Source: Octopus sinensis
Taxonomy: Eukaryota
Reading direction: 5' to 3'
DNA: 64,000 nt
NCBI RefSeq assembly: GCF_006345805.1
Contig: NC_043012.1
Coordinates: 49,972,001-50,036,000 of the forward strand
Of the stretch, positions 1-12,639 are shown piece after piece. A program made the position numbers and the translations under genes. The notes below the pieces were generated by a model. The model made no database searches and was not told where the DNA came from. It worked only from the letters and a program-made list of their open reading frames with translations. How positions within the stretch are numbered: position 1 is the stretch's first letter; each line of letters opens with the position of its first letter.

Positions 1-1054
1 TGCATTCGTTCAGTACCTCTCATATTTCATTCTTAATTTCATTCAGATTCTAGATTTTCGCTCTTTCTATATCGCCAGTTACTAACATAATTCCTGTTCG
101 AGATGGATGTACTGTATAACGCCGTCCTTATGAGTACTGGAACTCATAACAGACAAATCTGAGTATCCTCACTGTAATATCTATTACAGTTTAAGCAGTC
201 ATTTTCGATAAATTAGTAGCCTTGTCATGCTTCTCTGCGTTAACTGTTGTTGTTATTTAGTCTCAAGTGAAATTGTTATGAAGCAGACAACAATCATAAG
301 TATACTAATAAGTGTGCCCTGTCTCTTTCGTGTTGGACTGCGTTAGATAATATATTCCAACACACATATAAGCAGCAGGGTACGAATTCGATTGAGATTT
401 TGCGACTGATTTTATTATATTGGATCCCTTATACATAGACATCCTCGTTGTCTCAGTATTGTTCTTATCAGCTCTGTTAGATTATATGGCTACTAATTCT
501 AGAATAATTGCTACTCCTTCCTGAAATCTGCCCGATAAAGTATAATCTTTATAATTTCCTTATCTTTGAACGATTCGAGGAATCATACAAAGAGTGTCAC
601 TATACGCATCGTAGGTACGTACGACAGTCTCTATTTGCTTAGGTATTCTGATAACTCCAATAACAGCCATGAAAAAGCAGGAGAATTAATAGAAACAACA
701 CAGCGATCAACGATAATATTAAAAACATTAACACAAAAATAAACAAAACCATTCATGATTAAAATAACAATAACAAAATTATGAACGACAACATCAAGTG
801 GAATATGAAAAGTATCAAATGAACGTCATGTACATTTATTTGAAAGTGACGAACTTTTTGTTTTAGCAATATGTAACTGAGCAGAGATCTACTTAGAGGA
901 TAAGGGCCAGAGATTTTTTTTAAAGCTAGAGATTTCTAATGAAAATCGCCATAAATGATAGAAAGGACAACACCAAAAAGTTACTATTACAACAATAAGA
1001 AAGTGACGGCAAGTACGCAGCTAAAAGTTATAGAAGATAGAATATAATAATGGG

Positions 1055-2291
1055 ATGCAGGAGTGGTCGTATGGTAAGTATCTCGCTTACTCTGTCTTAG
1101 AGTGGGAAATTAACCCGCCTAAGCAGTGGTTAAAAGATATGGAGGAGAAGATGATGGTACATAGAACGTATTCTAAAGTTCTTAATTCTATCACCGTCTT
1201 CCTAAAACGAGTCATAAAAAATGAACTGAAAGAACATTTGTCCTCTGTAAAATATATATCCCGTGGTGTCAAATATGCAACCATATGGTTGCTGTTTGAC
1301 AACGAGGAAAAGGCTCGCCAGTTTGCGAGTCAGCCTTTAGAAGGCAAGGAAATTATGTTCCTCCCGTCATATTATGGAAGAAAATTAATACAAGCCTGGG
1401 TATGTGGGCTCTCCCCGGGAACCGAAGCGGATTGGATTGAAGATACCATCCGTCGGGGACTGGGGATGGCGGGCCCAGGCTCTTAAATGTAAGAGTATTG
1501 CCAGCGGTCGATTGGGAAGGGTCAAAAGCGATTTTGACCCTGTCGACGCCATCGGCCGCAATAGGACTGGTTTTTCTAGATTTCTTGAAAACAGCTGGCT
1601 GCAGGTATCCGGTGATACTTGAGGGACGTCCCCCAAAGTGTCACTCGTGCCTGCAGCCAGGCCACATTAAAAGGAACTGCCCCCAGGACCATGGTAAGGT
1701 CCTGGAACAGTCACTAGATGCCACCTCCCCTACCCAGTCAAAGGGAGAGGTGGATGTGGTCGAGGAGGCTTCAGCCTCCTCAACTTAAGACGGATTAAAA
1801 AGGAAGAAGGCGGGCAACAATAAGGCTTCGGAAAGCGGAGGAGAGTCTCCGGACAAAGCGGAAGAACTCCACTCTCCCGAAGCCAGGAAGAAAAGAAAAA
1901 AAGAAGGAAGAAGAACGGGTTATCTCAGCGGGGAGATGATGTGCCGACTGCATGTCCCGAAGTTGTGCCATCCACGGTGGAAGAATCCACCCCCACCCTT
2001 AAAGATGATCAATTAATTATCTTTTTCTACAAGGGCGGGGAGGTGGAAAAAATAGTAGAAGAACATAAAGAAACATTAGATATGCCCTTCACACGGGATA
2101 CCGAATGGCCTCCGCAGATAGCTGTGGAGGTCATAAGGTTTCCCTTGTGGGAAAGGCTTAAAGGATTTGGGGAGGAGTGTCGCATATGGCCTACATGTGT
2201 GAGGCATGAGAAATGGCGGGATACAGGAACTCAAGCGGCACTGAAGATAATGATGAATATATCGATGGATATATCGAAGAGTAGGAGGTGA
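1055..2291 (+). pseudogene. Disrupted L1/Tx1-type LINE ORF1 (gag-like, CCHC zinc knuckle)
   Basis: ORFs 1055-1486, 1498-1788 and 1941-2291 are collinear and joined by frameshifts/stops. YPVILEGRPPKCHSCLQPGHIKRNCP contains a CX2CX4HX4C knuckle, followed by a Lys/Glu/Ser-rich linker. No RT/endonuclease follows. Confidence 0.7.
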
Positions 2292-3445
2292 AAGACCCTC
2301 ATTACAGGGTTTGAAACCTCATCTTATTGAATTATTTTATAGTGGTTTATAACCTCAATTTTGTGCTTTAAGAAAAAAAAAAAAAAGAAAACATGTTAAG
2401 TAAGAGGTTTTAGTGCCTCCCCTTGTAAGAGGTTCGAAACCTCGTATTGAATTTAAAAAAAAAAAAGAAAATATGTTTTCGAGAAAAATCCAATCGGCGG
2501 GTGTTGGGTTTCGTCTCTCATTTATTCATTATATTTCATTTTCATTCATTAATGTATTTGTCCAGCCCGCAAAGCTCTTTGTACTGTCTATATGACAAAT
2601 TTATGAAATGAAGTAGCTCGCTTACTTAATGTTTATTGCATGTTATTATGTTTATGAGGCTTAACGCCCCAATTCTTAAATGGACTATTCGTCCAAATAT
2701 TTGTAAAACTGAAGTAAGAGGTTCATTACCTTGTTTTGTCTTTTTCTGTAGAAAAAAAGAAGAGAATAATGATTTAGAGAAGTAGAAAATCGGCGGGCGT
2801 TTTTTGTCATCTCGCATTAATATCACCCTTATCATCATTCATATTATCAATGTCTTTGTCTTGCCCGCAAGCTACTCTGCATCATGCCTTTAAGGCAACA
2901 TTTTTGAAATAAAGTAGCTTGCTTACTTCACTGAAGAGTTTGCGGATTTTTTTACGCTCTGAAGTCACGTCGTTCTGCATTGTGAATAAATGAATAATCG
3001 AAGCACGACTGCCGGTCGTTTTTGGGGACTCAATGGAGTTATGTTGTCTGCATTAATAGTTTGTGTTGAACAAGTGTCTGCCTGTGGTCGTGCGAGTAGA
3101 CTCACTTTGCAATGAGAATTGTGTTTTGGGGAGGCGTATCCCTCCGAAAATTATGAAAATTGTGTTCTGTGACTGTGTTTGTGCCCGTGACAAGAAGGAT
3201 TTACCATTCAGGCAAGGAGTACGGAGACGGAGAGAATTTGTGGAAAATTGGAATTTTTGTGCTGCGACAAAGAACAAGAATTTGTGGATTACCTGAGTAG
3301 GAGAAATGTGTTGCCAGTTGAACTGTCTTCCTTCGTTCTTTCTTCTGTATTTCTGTTCTTTCTTTGAGTTCTTTTTTCATTGACTTTTATTTGAATGTTT
3401 TTAGACTTCTCGTTTTTGAACATTTAATTTTATTTGATTGCGAAT

Positions 3446-4010
3446 ATGGCAACAAAAAATATCACTTTGGAGTGGAAAATGTGGCCCCCCAAAGAATGGT
3501 TAAAAAGTAATACTGAGAGAACAGTGGTGTTAAGGACCTGATCTAGGGTCCTTGATGCCATCACTGTCTTCTCTCAGACAGACATAGAGAGGGAGTTGGC
3601 AGATTATTTAACCGGCTATTAGATTCATTCAAAGGGGTGTGATGTACGCAACCTTGAGTGTGCTGTTTGACACCCCTGCGGAAGCTCGTGATTTTTGCAA
3701 GCAAACCATTGGGGAGAAACAGAATTTTCTCCCCACTTATGAAGGGCGGAGACTGACAAGAGATTGGGTCTGTGGGCTGCCACCCGGTATAGAACCCGAA
3801 TGGATAGAGGACACTATCCGTCGAGGTCTGGGTGGCAGCACTGCCAAGCTTTTGAATGTCAAAATCCTGCCTGCGGCTGATTGGGTGGGGTCGAAAGCAA
3901 TTTTGACCCTATGGACCCAATCAGCCAAAGATCTGGTTTTTTCCAGATTTCCTAAAGATGGTTGGTTTTAGGTATCCGGTGATTCTTGAGGGACGCCCAC
4001 CATTGGTAAG
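3446..4010 (+). pseudogene. Second, diverged and 3'-truncated copy of the same ORF1
   Basis: ATG at 3446: MATKNITLEWKMWPPKEWLK..., then WVCGLPPGIEPEWIEDTIRRGLG...DWVGSKAILTL, aligning with copy 1 (LEWEINPPKQWLK; WVCGLSPGTEADWIEDTIRRGLG; DWEGSKAILTL). Internal stops; ends before the knuckle. Confidence 0.7.
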
Positions 4011-4199
4011 ATAGGTCCCGTTAAACAGCTGGAAACAGTTTACTTGAAAAATGAGGGAAGTGACCTTACGTTTGAGTTTAAGAAAGTGGATTAGTTGACA
4101 CTTTGCAATCGGATACAAAGTAGCTAGCTTAATAAATCTTGTTAATAAGAACATTAACATCGAGGCCAGAAGAAAACCTAAATACAAAACAACACATTA

Positions 4200-4560
4200 A
4201 AGAATATATATGGTGGAATTTGCATGAGTACATTTTTGGGACGACAAGAATGAAATTAATTAATAAGAATATATAGATTATTTACATTATTTACAATTGT
4301 CGATGTTTGTCCTCATCTTGTTTGTTATTAACACAACGCTTCGGCTGATATACTCTCTAGTCTTCATCAGGTGTCTTGGGGAAGTTTCGAATCTGGGTCG
4401 TCATTTCTAAGGGTTTTTCTATGTTGTTATCATTATTATTATTAGATGAGGACAAATATCCGTCAATTGTAAATAATGTAAGTAATGTACATAATTCCTC
4501 ATCTCTTAAATATAGAACTCTAAAATATATATAGCAATAACAATATAGAATACTATAAAA
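4200..4560 (-). mobile_element. Penelope-like element terminal fragment with inverted repeat and decayed hammerhead
   Basis: ~38-bp inverted repeat (4282-4318 vs 4444-4481) brackets a minus-strand GACAC-CUGAUGA-A-(stem II)-GAAG-CGUU-GUGUU motif. Confidence 0.6.
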
Positions 4561-5974
4561 ACAAACAAAAGAAAGGATACTAAAAAACATGCGGGATCTA
4601 CCGTAGAGGACGATTCAGAACAAGCCACAGAAAATTCTCAAATAAATGGGCACATTAAATTAAAGACAAGTTCCTTCTTCAAAGTCTCACTTCTAACATA
4701 CAACCATCTATTTAGAAACGACCTTTTTTTTTGGCCAAACGGAATTGTATCTCATAATTTTCGCAAGTGACCTATAAAATTATGTGTCACCTGAAGATTC
4801 ATTGAGGTTGAAATGGGAACCTGCATGCATAGTTCACTTTCGCTTATATTACCGCAGTGTAAAAATTAATTATATTTTTATATTATATTTATCTCGATTT
4901 GTATGTAAACACATACAACGTTTTAAGCGCTGGTGGTGTTAATTATACTGTGCTGTCATATGAGCCTTTTTACATATATAGTTAGAATCGGTAAAATAAC
5001 GTGTCTCAAATAAGTACTGAGTACGATTAGATGAACTGAATTTTATTGTAAACCTGAACTCCAGAATCTTCACAATATATTCAGTGACTAAAATGAATAA
5101 AAGATAAAAGTATACAAGAAGGTCGTAGCGGATTTCGCTAAATAAAACATTAGTTGCAGGAGCGAATAAATCTATCAGTACTTCTCTCCCATTCAAATTC
5201 CCACAAATCATTACGTTTCTTATTACTTTTCCGCCGTTTAGGCATTTTCTGAGATGTCTTATTACATAATCTGCCAAGCTGAAACTTCAGATCATTCCAA
5301 CACATTGTAAAACACTGGGAAACTCCTTGACAAGAACATTTGGAACACGAGAAAAAATCTTTGATAGTCATTACCAGCTGAAGTTGATGTTTTGTTTTGA
5401 ATGTCTGATAATATTTATATCACTTTGGATATAAATTAATTCACTTTGACTGAAAACGAATCAAAAATATTTAAAAGATGAATCATTTAAACAGTCATTG
5501 TCGGTACAAATCAAAAAATTCGTATAATAATGAAATACACGAAACACCGCACAAAATCAAACAACGTAATAATCAACTTCTATGGATGTAGACATACGCA
5601 TGCGCGGTATTTCTAGCATGAATCGTAAGACATTTACGTTTAAAAATACATCATTGACAACGTCATGATATCCAGACGGCATTTATAATTTTGTACAACA
5701 CAGCAACGTGCATGTTTATTGTATGTGAGTGTGATTATGTGAGTGTATCCATTTGTATCAGTGTATGAAAATAGGTGAGTGTTTGCGTGTATTTGACATG
5801 GGACGGGCATTTTGTTTCTGAAAGTAGAGCAATTAAAAGCAAACAGATAGGTAGAGCTGACCACATTGACCGAATGTCACAATTACTTAATATATTGCCA
5901 CGACCGATTATCCTTAAGTAAAAAGAATGAAAAGTTCAATACATCTCACAAATTCAACTAAATACCGGTTTTAT

Positions 5975-6600
5975 CGAAATATAAGTTCACTCATCATTTC
6001 ATGACCACCAACCAGTCACCCTTAGCTTTTTTATTTTGATGAATATTCTTTATTGGAATGTGTTTTGGCACTTCGTCTCTATCCAACTGCGGTGCAGAAC
6101 GATTACTATTGTTGAAAAGAATCCATTTTTCATCACACGTAGCAACACGATGCAAAAATGGCTCGCTTTTATACCGTGACAGCAAAGAACAGCCCGTTTC
6201 AAGACGATGTACCATTTGATGCTCGTTCACTTCGTGTGGTACCCACTTGTCCAGCTTCTTTACCATGCCGATTTGTTTCAGATGGTCCAAAAGAGTTGGA
6301 ATTGAAACATGAAATCTTACTGCTAACTCACGCGTAACTTGAGATATAATCTACTTCCACTACAGTATCCAATTCATCATTATCCACATTGGTCTCAAGT
6401 CTACCATGGGGTAGATTTTCCATAGTAAAGTTACCAGACTAGAACTTCACGAGAAATTCACGAGACAATTTCATGTTAAATTGTATGAAAAGAGAAAATG
6501 ATTACCTAGTAGTGCTACACTTAATAAGTTATTCTTCTGAGCATGCGTGCTGTGTTGATTAGAAAGAAAAACTATTTGGAATTATAAAGGTTTTGGTGAT
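5975..6600 (-). mobile_element. Mariner transposase remnant
   Basis: ORF 5994-6290: KLDKWVPHEVNE...FLHRVATCDEKWILFNN matches the mariner WVPHEL and TxDEKW motifs. Confidence 0.85.
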
Positions 6601-6622
6601 TTAAAAAATAATATATATATAT

Positions 6623-6945
6623 ATGTTTATGCTAAAGCATGAACGTTCTCAAAGGCATATAAAGTCCTTGATATATCTTAAAACATTCGGGAATGTTCGC
6701 ATAGACTTACAGTTATATGCCTGTAAAAAACGGAGCATACAGCATCATTTGAAGAAGTTAGACGAAACAGATCCATCTGCAACGATTAATCAATATAATT
6801 ACTTTTTTTTAGCTCGTGAGGAATTATCATTTCGGGGTCATTTTGAATCCGAAGAATGTAATAACCGTCGAAATTATAAAGAACTCTTACATTTAATCAG
6901 TAAATATAACGAGAAATTGACAAGCCATCACCTATTAGCTATAAC
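6623..6945 (+). mobile_element. hAT-family (DUF4371/ZMYM1-like) transposase fragment
   Basis: HERSQRHIKS...LKTFGNVRIDLQL...FLAREELSFRGHFESEECNNRRNYKELLHLISKYNEKL resembles the LA(K/R)xxLxFRGHxE...NxGNYxELL signature of DUF4371; cut by a SINE at 6957. Confidence 0.7.
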
Positions 6946-6956
6946 ATCATATATAT

Positions 6957-7367
6957 ACTCTTACTCTTTTACTCTTTTACTTGTTTCAGTCATTTGACTG
7001 CGGCCATGCTGGAGCACCGCCTTTAGTCGAGCAAATCGACCCCGGGACTTATTCTTGGTAAGCCCAGTACTTATTCTATCGGTCTCTTTTGCCGAATCGC
7101 TAAGTGACGGAGACGTAAACACACCAGCATCGGTTGTCAAGCAATGCTAAGGGGACAAACACAGACACACAAACACACACAAACATATATATATATATAT
7201 ACATATATACGACAGGCTTCTTTCAGTTTCCGTCTACCAAATCCACTCACAAGGCATTGGTCGGCCCGGGGCTATAGCAGAAGACACTTGCCCAAGATGC
7301 CACGCAGTGGGACTGAACCCGGAACCATGTGGCTGGTTAGCAAGCTACTTACCACACAGCCACTCCT
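6957..7367 (-). mobile_element. tRNA-headed SINE, family A (internal microsatellite, (AAAGAGT)n tail)
   Basis: Minus strand: GGAGTGGCTGTGTGGTAAG (A-box-like), GGGTTCAGTCCC (B-box-like), internal TA/TG tract, body ...GACCGATAGAATAAGTACT...GGCCGCAGTCAAATGACTGAAACAAGTAAAAGAGT; many copies in this window. Confidence 0.9.
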
Positions 7368-7504
7368 TTTAGCAATAAATAGTTGTTGGAGTGTCCCAAC
7401 AAGCAGGAAATAGTAATAGCGCATGGAAACAATAACTTCAAATATTTCATACCCGCTCAACCCCAAAATAAACAGAAAAACACATAACTCATACATACAA
7501 ATAC

Positions 7505-7670
7505 ACACACAAATTGATAAATAAATAGATAGGTAGGTAGGTAGGTAGATAGGTAGGTAGGTAGGTAGGTAGGTAGGGAGGTAGATAGGTAGGTAGGTAG
7601 GTAGGTAGGTAGGGAGGTAGGTAGGTAGGTAGGTAGGTAGGTATGTAGGTAGGTAGGCAGGAAGGTAAGT
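7505..7670. repeat. (TAGG/TAGA)n tetranucleotide microsatellite
   Basis: Direct reading. Confidence 0.95.
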
Positions 7671-8599
7671 AGTGATGAAATCCTATAAACACACACACAT
7701 GCTAGTATGTGTCTATCTACTTGAGCTACAGAAACAGCGGTAAAAAATGCAAAAATTCGAACAAAGTCTCTCGATCCGAGTTGTTGCAGACTTGTGCTCA
7801 CCTTTAGAAATGCAGAGATTCACTGAAAAGCCCGTCGGATAAGTGTTTGCAATACCGTCAATTAACTGATAGCGTGAACACTAAAGATTTTAGTCTGGGT
7901 TAGAGGGAATTTTTGTAGGTATCTCCTTCAGAGAACTTTATTTCTCTTCTTCGCTGAGAAATAAGTTTCATGGTGAATACATGTTCAATGGGTATGTTAT
8001 AATGCTATTAAAGAATCAATTTTCAGCGGGAATTATACAAATGTTTAGGTGTCATCTTTTTTCTTTTGTATTTTTTAAAAATATTTTTCTTTATTTCTCA
8101 CAAAATCTTACTGCTCTTTAGATCGAAATAGATCAACTATTTATTGTGCTAAATCTGAAATGTAGAATATATTTTTATGTCCTTCCAACGAACTATTTAT
8201 TTGATATAAGAGTTAAACAAATGTTTCTTGTCTGATATTACAGTTGAAGTATTAGAACAAAATAGATCAAGAAAAACATGAAGAAACTTAGAAAAAATCA
8301 ATAGAGAGATCAGAAATGGGCTGAGCAGCACCATATAGCCAATATCAATTTGTAATCAATCATTCACTGCTTAAAACTTTTTTATTGCATTATTTCCCAT
8401 TTTCTACATTTGCTTTGCTTTATGGTTGCAATTCGTAGCTTTGTTAGATGTGCCTGTTTCTAAATACTGTTAATATAAGAAACATTTACGTCAACACTTT
8501 CATAGTCTCTCCATCCTCAGCTTTATTTTTCCACGCTATATTCCATCCCACTGCATTCTTCCCATATATATATGTACTGATAAACACTCGCGGACACAC

Positions 8600-8646
8600 A
8601 AATGAACACACACACGCACACGCACACACACACACACACACACACA

Positions 8647-8685
<39 letters not shown>

Positions 8686-8700
8686 ACACACAAACGTACA
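8600..8700. repeat. (CA)n microsatellite
   Basis: Direct reading. Confidence 0.95.
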
Positions 8701-9169
8701 CATGAATGTATACATGTATGTGCAGAGAGAAACATATTTGTACGAAGAAATTTGTAGCTCATGGCTTCTTATAAAATATATACGTGCGGAGTCAACGAAA
8801 CAGGTTATTTTCAGATGCGTGATAGTGTGTACGCTGTAAATTGGGTCAAGTAATTAATTAACACACAATTTAAAATGCAATATATACTTTTCAATAAAGT
8901 TACAATTTTAGCCAACTGTCTAAAAAATAAAAAGAAATAATGTGTTTGCAACACCATCTTTATTTCGCTGATGACAGAGAAGTGAAGAAATTAATATCTT
9001 AAAGCAATTTACAATATATGAGATACAGTAGAATAGTGTATCTCTGCGTTCTCTCTCTATTCCTCCCTCTCCCGCACACCCCTTCCTCCCTCTCACCCCT
9101 CTCTCACTATATGTATATGTGCGTGTGTGTGCGTGTGTGCGTGTGTTTGTGTCTTGTATTTTCTTTCCT

Positions 9170-9400
9170 TATCTTGTTTTAGTCACTGAACTGCCATCAT
9201 ACTGGTTCATCTCCTTGATAAATTTTAGTCGGACGAATCGATTCCGGTATGTATATTTTAGTTTTTTAAGCCTGGTATTTATTTTATCATCCCTTTTTCC
9301 CTACCGCTAACTTACATGCACATTAAAGCACAAACACTGGTAGTTAAACGGTGAAAGAAAACAAGCATAGACACAAAGAAACTCAAACATACACACACAT
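9170..9400 (-). mobile_element. Old, degenerate SINE family A 3' half
   Basis: cttgttttagtcactgaactg...gacgaatcgattccgg...aagcctggtatttattttatc...accgctaacttac follows the family A body order. Confidence 0.45.
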
Positions 9401-10051
9401 TCATTACATGTATTTGTACAGAGACACAAACAGGGTATATATAGAGATATGTCTGTGTGTATGTATGTGTGTGTGTGTATTAATCAAAGAAATTTTAACT
9501 TAATCTAGTACGTCCATGCGTTACGCAATAATCAGACTTATAGAGTGACACTCGTGTCACACAATCAACAACTAGCACAGTTGTCAATTATGGGACACGT
9601 CTGGCGCCGTTGTCGATTGTGGAACATAAATGACACTATATCAACCTGATGATTGTGTAACGAATGAAAGTACTAGTTTCAATATTGTAAAATCGTATGA
9701 GTTGTAAATTTTAAAACGTGAAAATCAGACAAAGTTGGAATTTCATTGATAAATATATATTACTATACACAATCATTCACACTCAGATATATTTATGCAT
9801 ATATACACGCACATGCATACTGACCATTTTCTCACCCTCCTGTTTCAGAAAGCATTTTCTACCCATTCCTACTTCCGGTCACTTACTTCAAAAATGTAAC
9901 CGCACGTGATTGTTGCCGATGTTTTTTTTTCTTTCTTCGTCTTGGAATTTCCTTTTGCCTCCTGTTTACACCGAAGAGCTAAATTCGAAACGTACAACTG
10001 AGCGTCTTATTAAAATATTACTCTGTGACTTTTTGAATTGAGTGTGTGTGT

Positions 10052-10092
<41 letters not shown>

Positions 10093-11084
10093 GTGTGTGT
10101 GTGTGAGTTGCTCCATCTCTACACCAGGCCTTCTCTGTTATGCGCTTGCTTAGGTGATCAGATATGCACATATATAGAAATACTAACACATAGACATGAA
10201 ATATATTACATCATATCTAACCATATAAATATTTGGCTAAATGTCTATCTGCGTCTTTTATTTATTTCTCTATATTTTAGACTTAGAATGCCATTCGCTG
10301 GTATATTATACATGCACTATTTACGCATTTATGAATTTGAAGGGACAAGGTAGCATCTCTGTAAGCAGCTGAATGTGAGTGAGGTATTTGTTTTCACGTG
10401 ACATAAGTGCAGATTAATGACATTATTTTCGCATTATATGACGTCAACAATTGAGCGTTTTTTGTTTTTTTGGTTTTGCAATATATATCAACTCCAGATT
10501 CAGGACGTACATTATGAATTGGAAATCATTCATATATTTAGAAAATAATCAGATGAGATTCTGCAAGTGTTTAACCGAAACATGGCGTAACTTTAAACGC
10601 CAAGGATGGCAAATCCTCTCCGGATCCTATGAATTGTACAGCAAAGCATGTAACATATTTTCCACTAGTGTCGATCAGACATGGATAGAATATTGTAATT
10701 CTAAACAAAATGACAAATGCGTTCTTTTGGACAAGGAATGGGACTTGCTTTGGAGTCCTGACATATGCAACATCTAAGGGAACATGAGCATGCCGTAGCC
10801 GTGAAGATTTTTGGAAGAATAAAATATTTTCCACAAAGAAATTCAAAATTTTGAAATTTGTTTGTACGGATGACCCCTTTTATCGTTTTACATCCATGCA
10901 GTAAAAAACGCAAATTTAAAAGATGTCTATGACAGATGAAAAGCAGAAAAAAAAAGAAAAGAGAATTTGGTGGAGCAACAGATGACCATCGTTTAGTACA
11001 CATCTTTGGCATGTTCAGTAAAGGGAGTTATTCGAATATATTTTAAAAACATGTATGCAGATTTGGAGGTGTTATTATTGCAAC

Positions 11085-11111
11085 TATGTATAATATAGAT
11101 ATAGTATATAC

Positions 11112-11161
<50 letters not shown>

Positions 11162-11192
11162 TATATATATATTATATATATATATATACTTT

Positions 11193-11265
<73 letters not shown>
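11085..11265. repeat. (TA)n/(TC)n compound microsatellite
   Basis: Direct reading. Confidence 0.95.
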
Positions 11266-11268
<3 letters not shown>

Positions 11269-11289
11269 AACTGCATTTCAATTTATTAA

Positions 11290-12639
11290 GGACGTAACAT
11301 AGAAACTAAAGTCAGTTGCCAAATTTATGTCAGCTTACACCGTTTTTAATTTTAGCGAGGTGTAATTAAAACTCATATAAGCAAGATTTTTTATGTATAT
11401 ACTGAAATGTACACTTACAGTCGTAGACCTGCAAGGAATAAAAACGAACACACATCGTTCAAAAGTAAGGAATATATGAGCGTTTGTTTGAAATAAATCG
11501 GTAAAGGCGAAGATCCATTTTCGGATCTCCTCTGATTTTAAACCACAAGATGCATCCACTATTACCTGCCAGTATTTATTCTTGTTCATAAATGTGTGTG
11601 CATTCTCGTAAACTCGTCGCTTTAGAAGGCTCCACATGTTTTTTCTGTTGGGTTTAAGTCGGAGGCAGGCCACTTCATCTCCGAGGCCCAGAGAATCCTG
11701 ATTGTTCAAGATACCTTGTAGTTTTCTTTACTGAAAGCGCACCATCTTGCATGAATATTATGGTTGCTTTGAAGGGGATCCTTTGCTTATTTTGCCAAGG
11801 TTCAATGTCTCCATCAGACAGGCTATCTAAGTATCCGCGGTCATTTTAATAACGCTAGGCACTTCCAAGGACCAACCATAATATCTCCAATAATACCTGT
11901 TCTAGTCATGATGCCTCCTCCCATTTGTTGGCGTCTCCAGCCTTACGACGATCTCGTCCATTTACAACCCATCACTTGCTCCAACCATCAAGGGTAGCAC
12001 GAGTCTCGTCCATAAATTAAAAAAACTCTCGAAAATTCGACCTTTATATTAACTGATGCGCATTTCAGATGATTTTGTAAGTGTATTTTGTTTTTAAAAA
12101 AATCATTTAAATTGATGTCACTGGTTTACCGACCATTTTCAGACGACGACATTGCGCTTGAAAAATTCTTCACTTGTAAGCACTGGGTTCTTTACAACTT
12201 CACGCTTAAATCGTGTCAGAGAACGTTGAGAAATAACAATCAACTAAGCCTCGTCGGCTACCTTCCGTATCTTTGTAAGACCTGTAACAAATTTTTTCAC
12301 AGATTGGTGATATCTTCCAATTTTATAAAAAAATATTTGTAATGTTGATTTACCTTTTGCAAGTTCAGAAGTAGTAACAGACTTCTCTGAAGCAGTTCAG
12401 CCACATTCACGACTCAAAAGTACACGATTATCAGACTACTCGTTAATAATTTGTAGCATTGACAATCCGTGGAAATTTGAAAATGGCCGCAGTTTACACT
12501 TCCGCAAAATCTCGCGCTTTTACACACCACGCACATATAAATCTTGCAATTATTCTTTGGAAATATCATTGGATTTCAAACAGAAGTTTTTAAATAAATT
12601 AGAAGAATGCTAGGTTGTTAATAATTTGAAATGCGGTCT

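Noticed and set aside
2925-2975. CUGAAGA...GAAG hammerhead-like string
   Set aside because: No GAAA, no stem III or stem I pairing.
4939-5371. Minus-strand ORFs possibly from a hAT element
   Set aside because: No recognisable motif.
8960-9010. CUGAUGA...GAAA-UUAA-UA string
   Set aside because: Stem I and stem II do not pair.
10820-11040. Weak resemblance to the start of a PARP catalytic domain (NIFHKE...IHAVKNANLKDVYDR*K...FGG...LVH)
   Set aside because: Two stops and a frameshift, and the expected HGT and downstream motifs are absent; may be chance. A frameshift-aware protein search would settle it.
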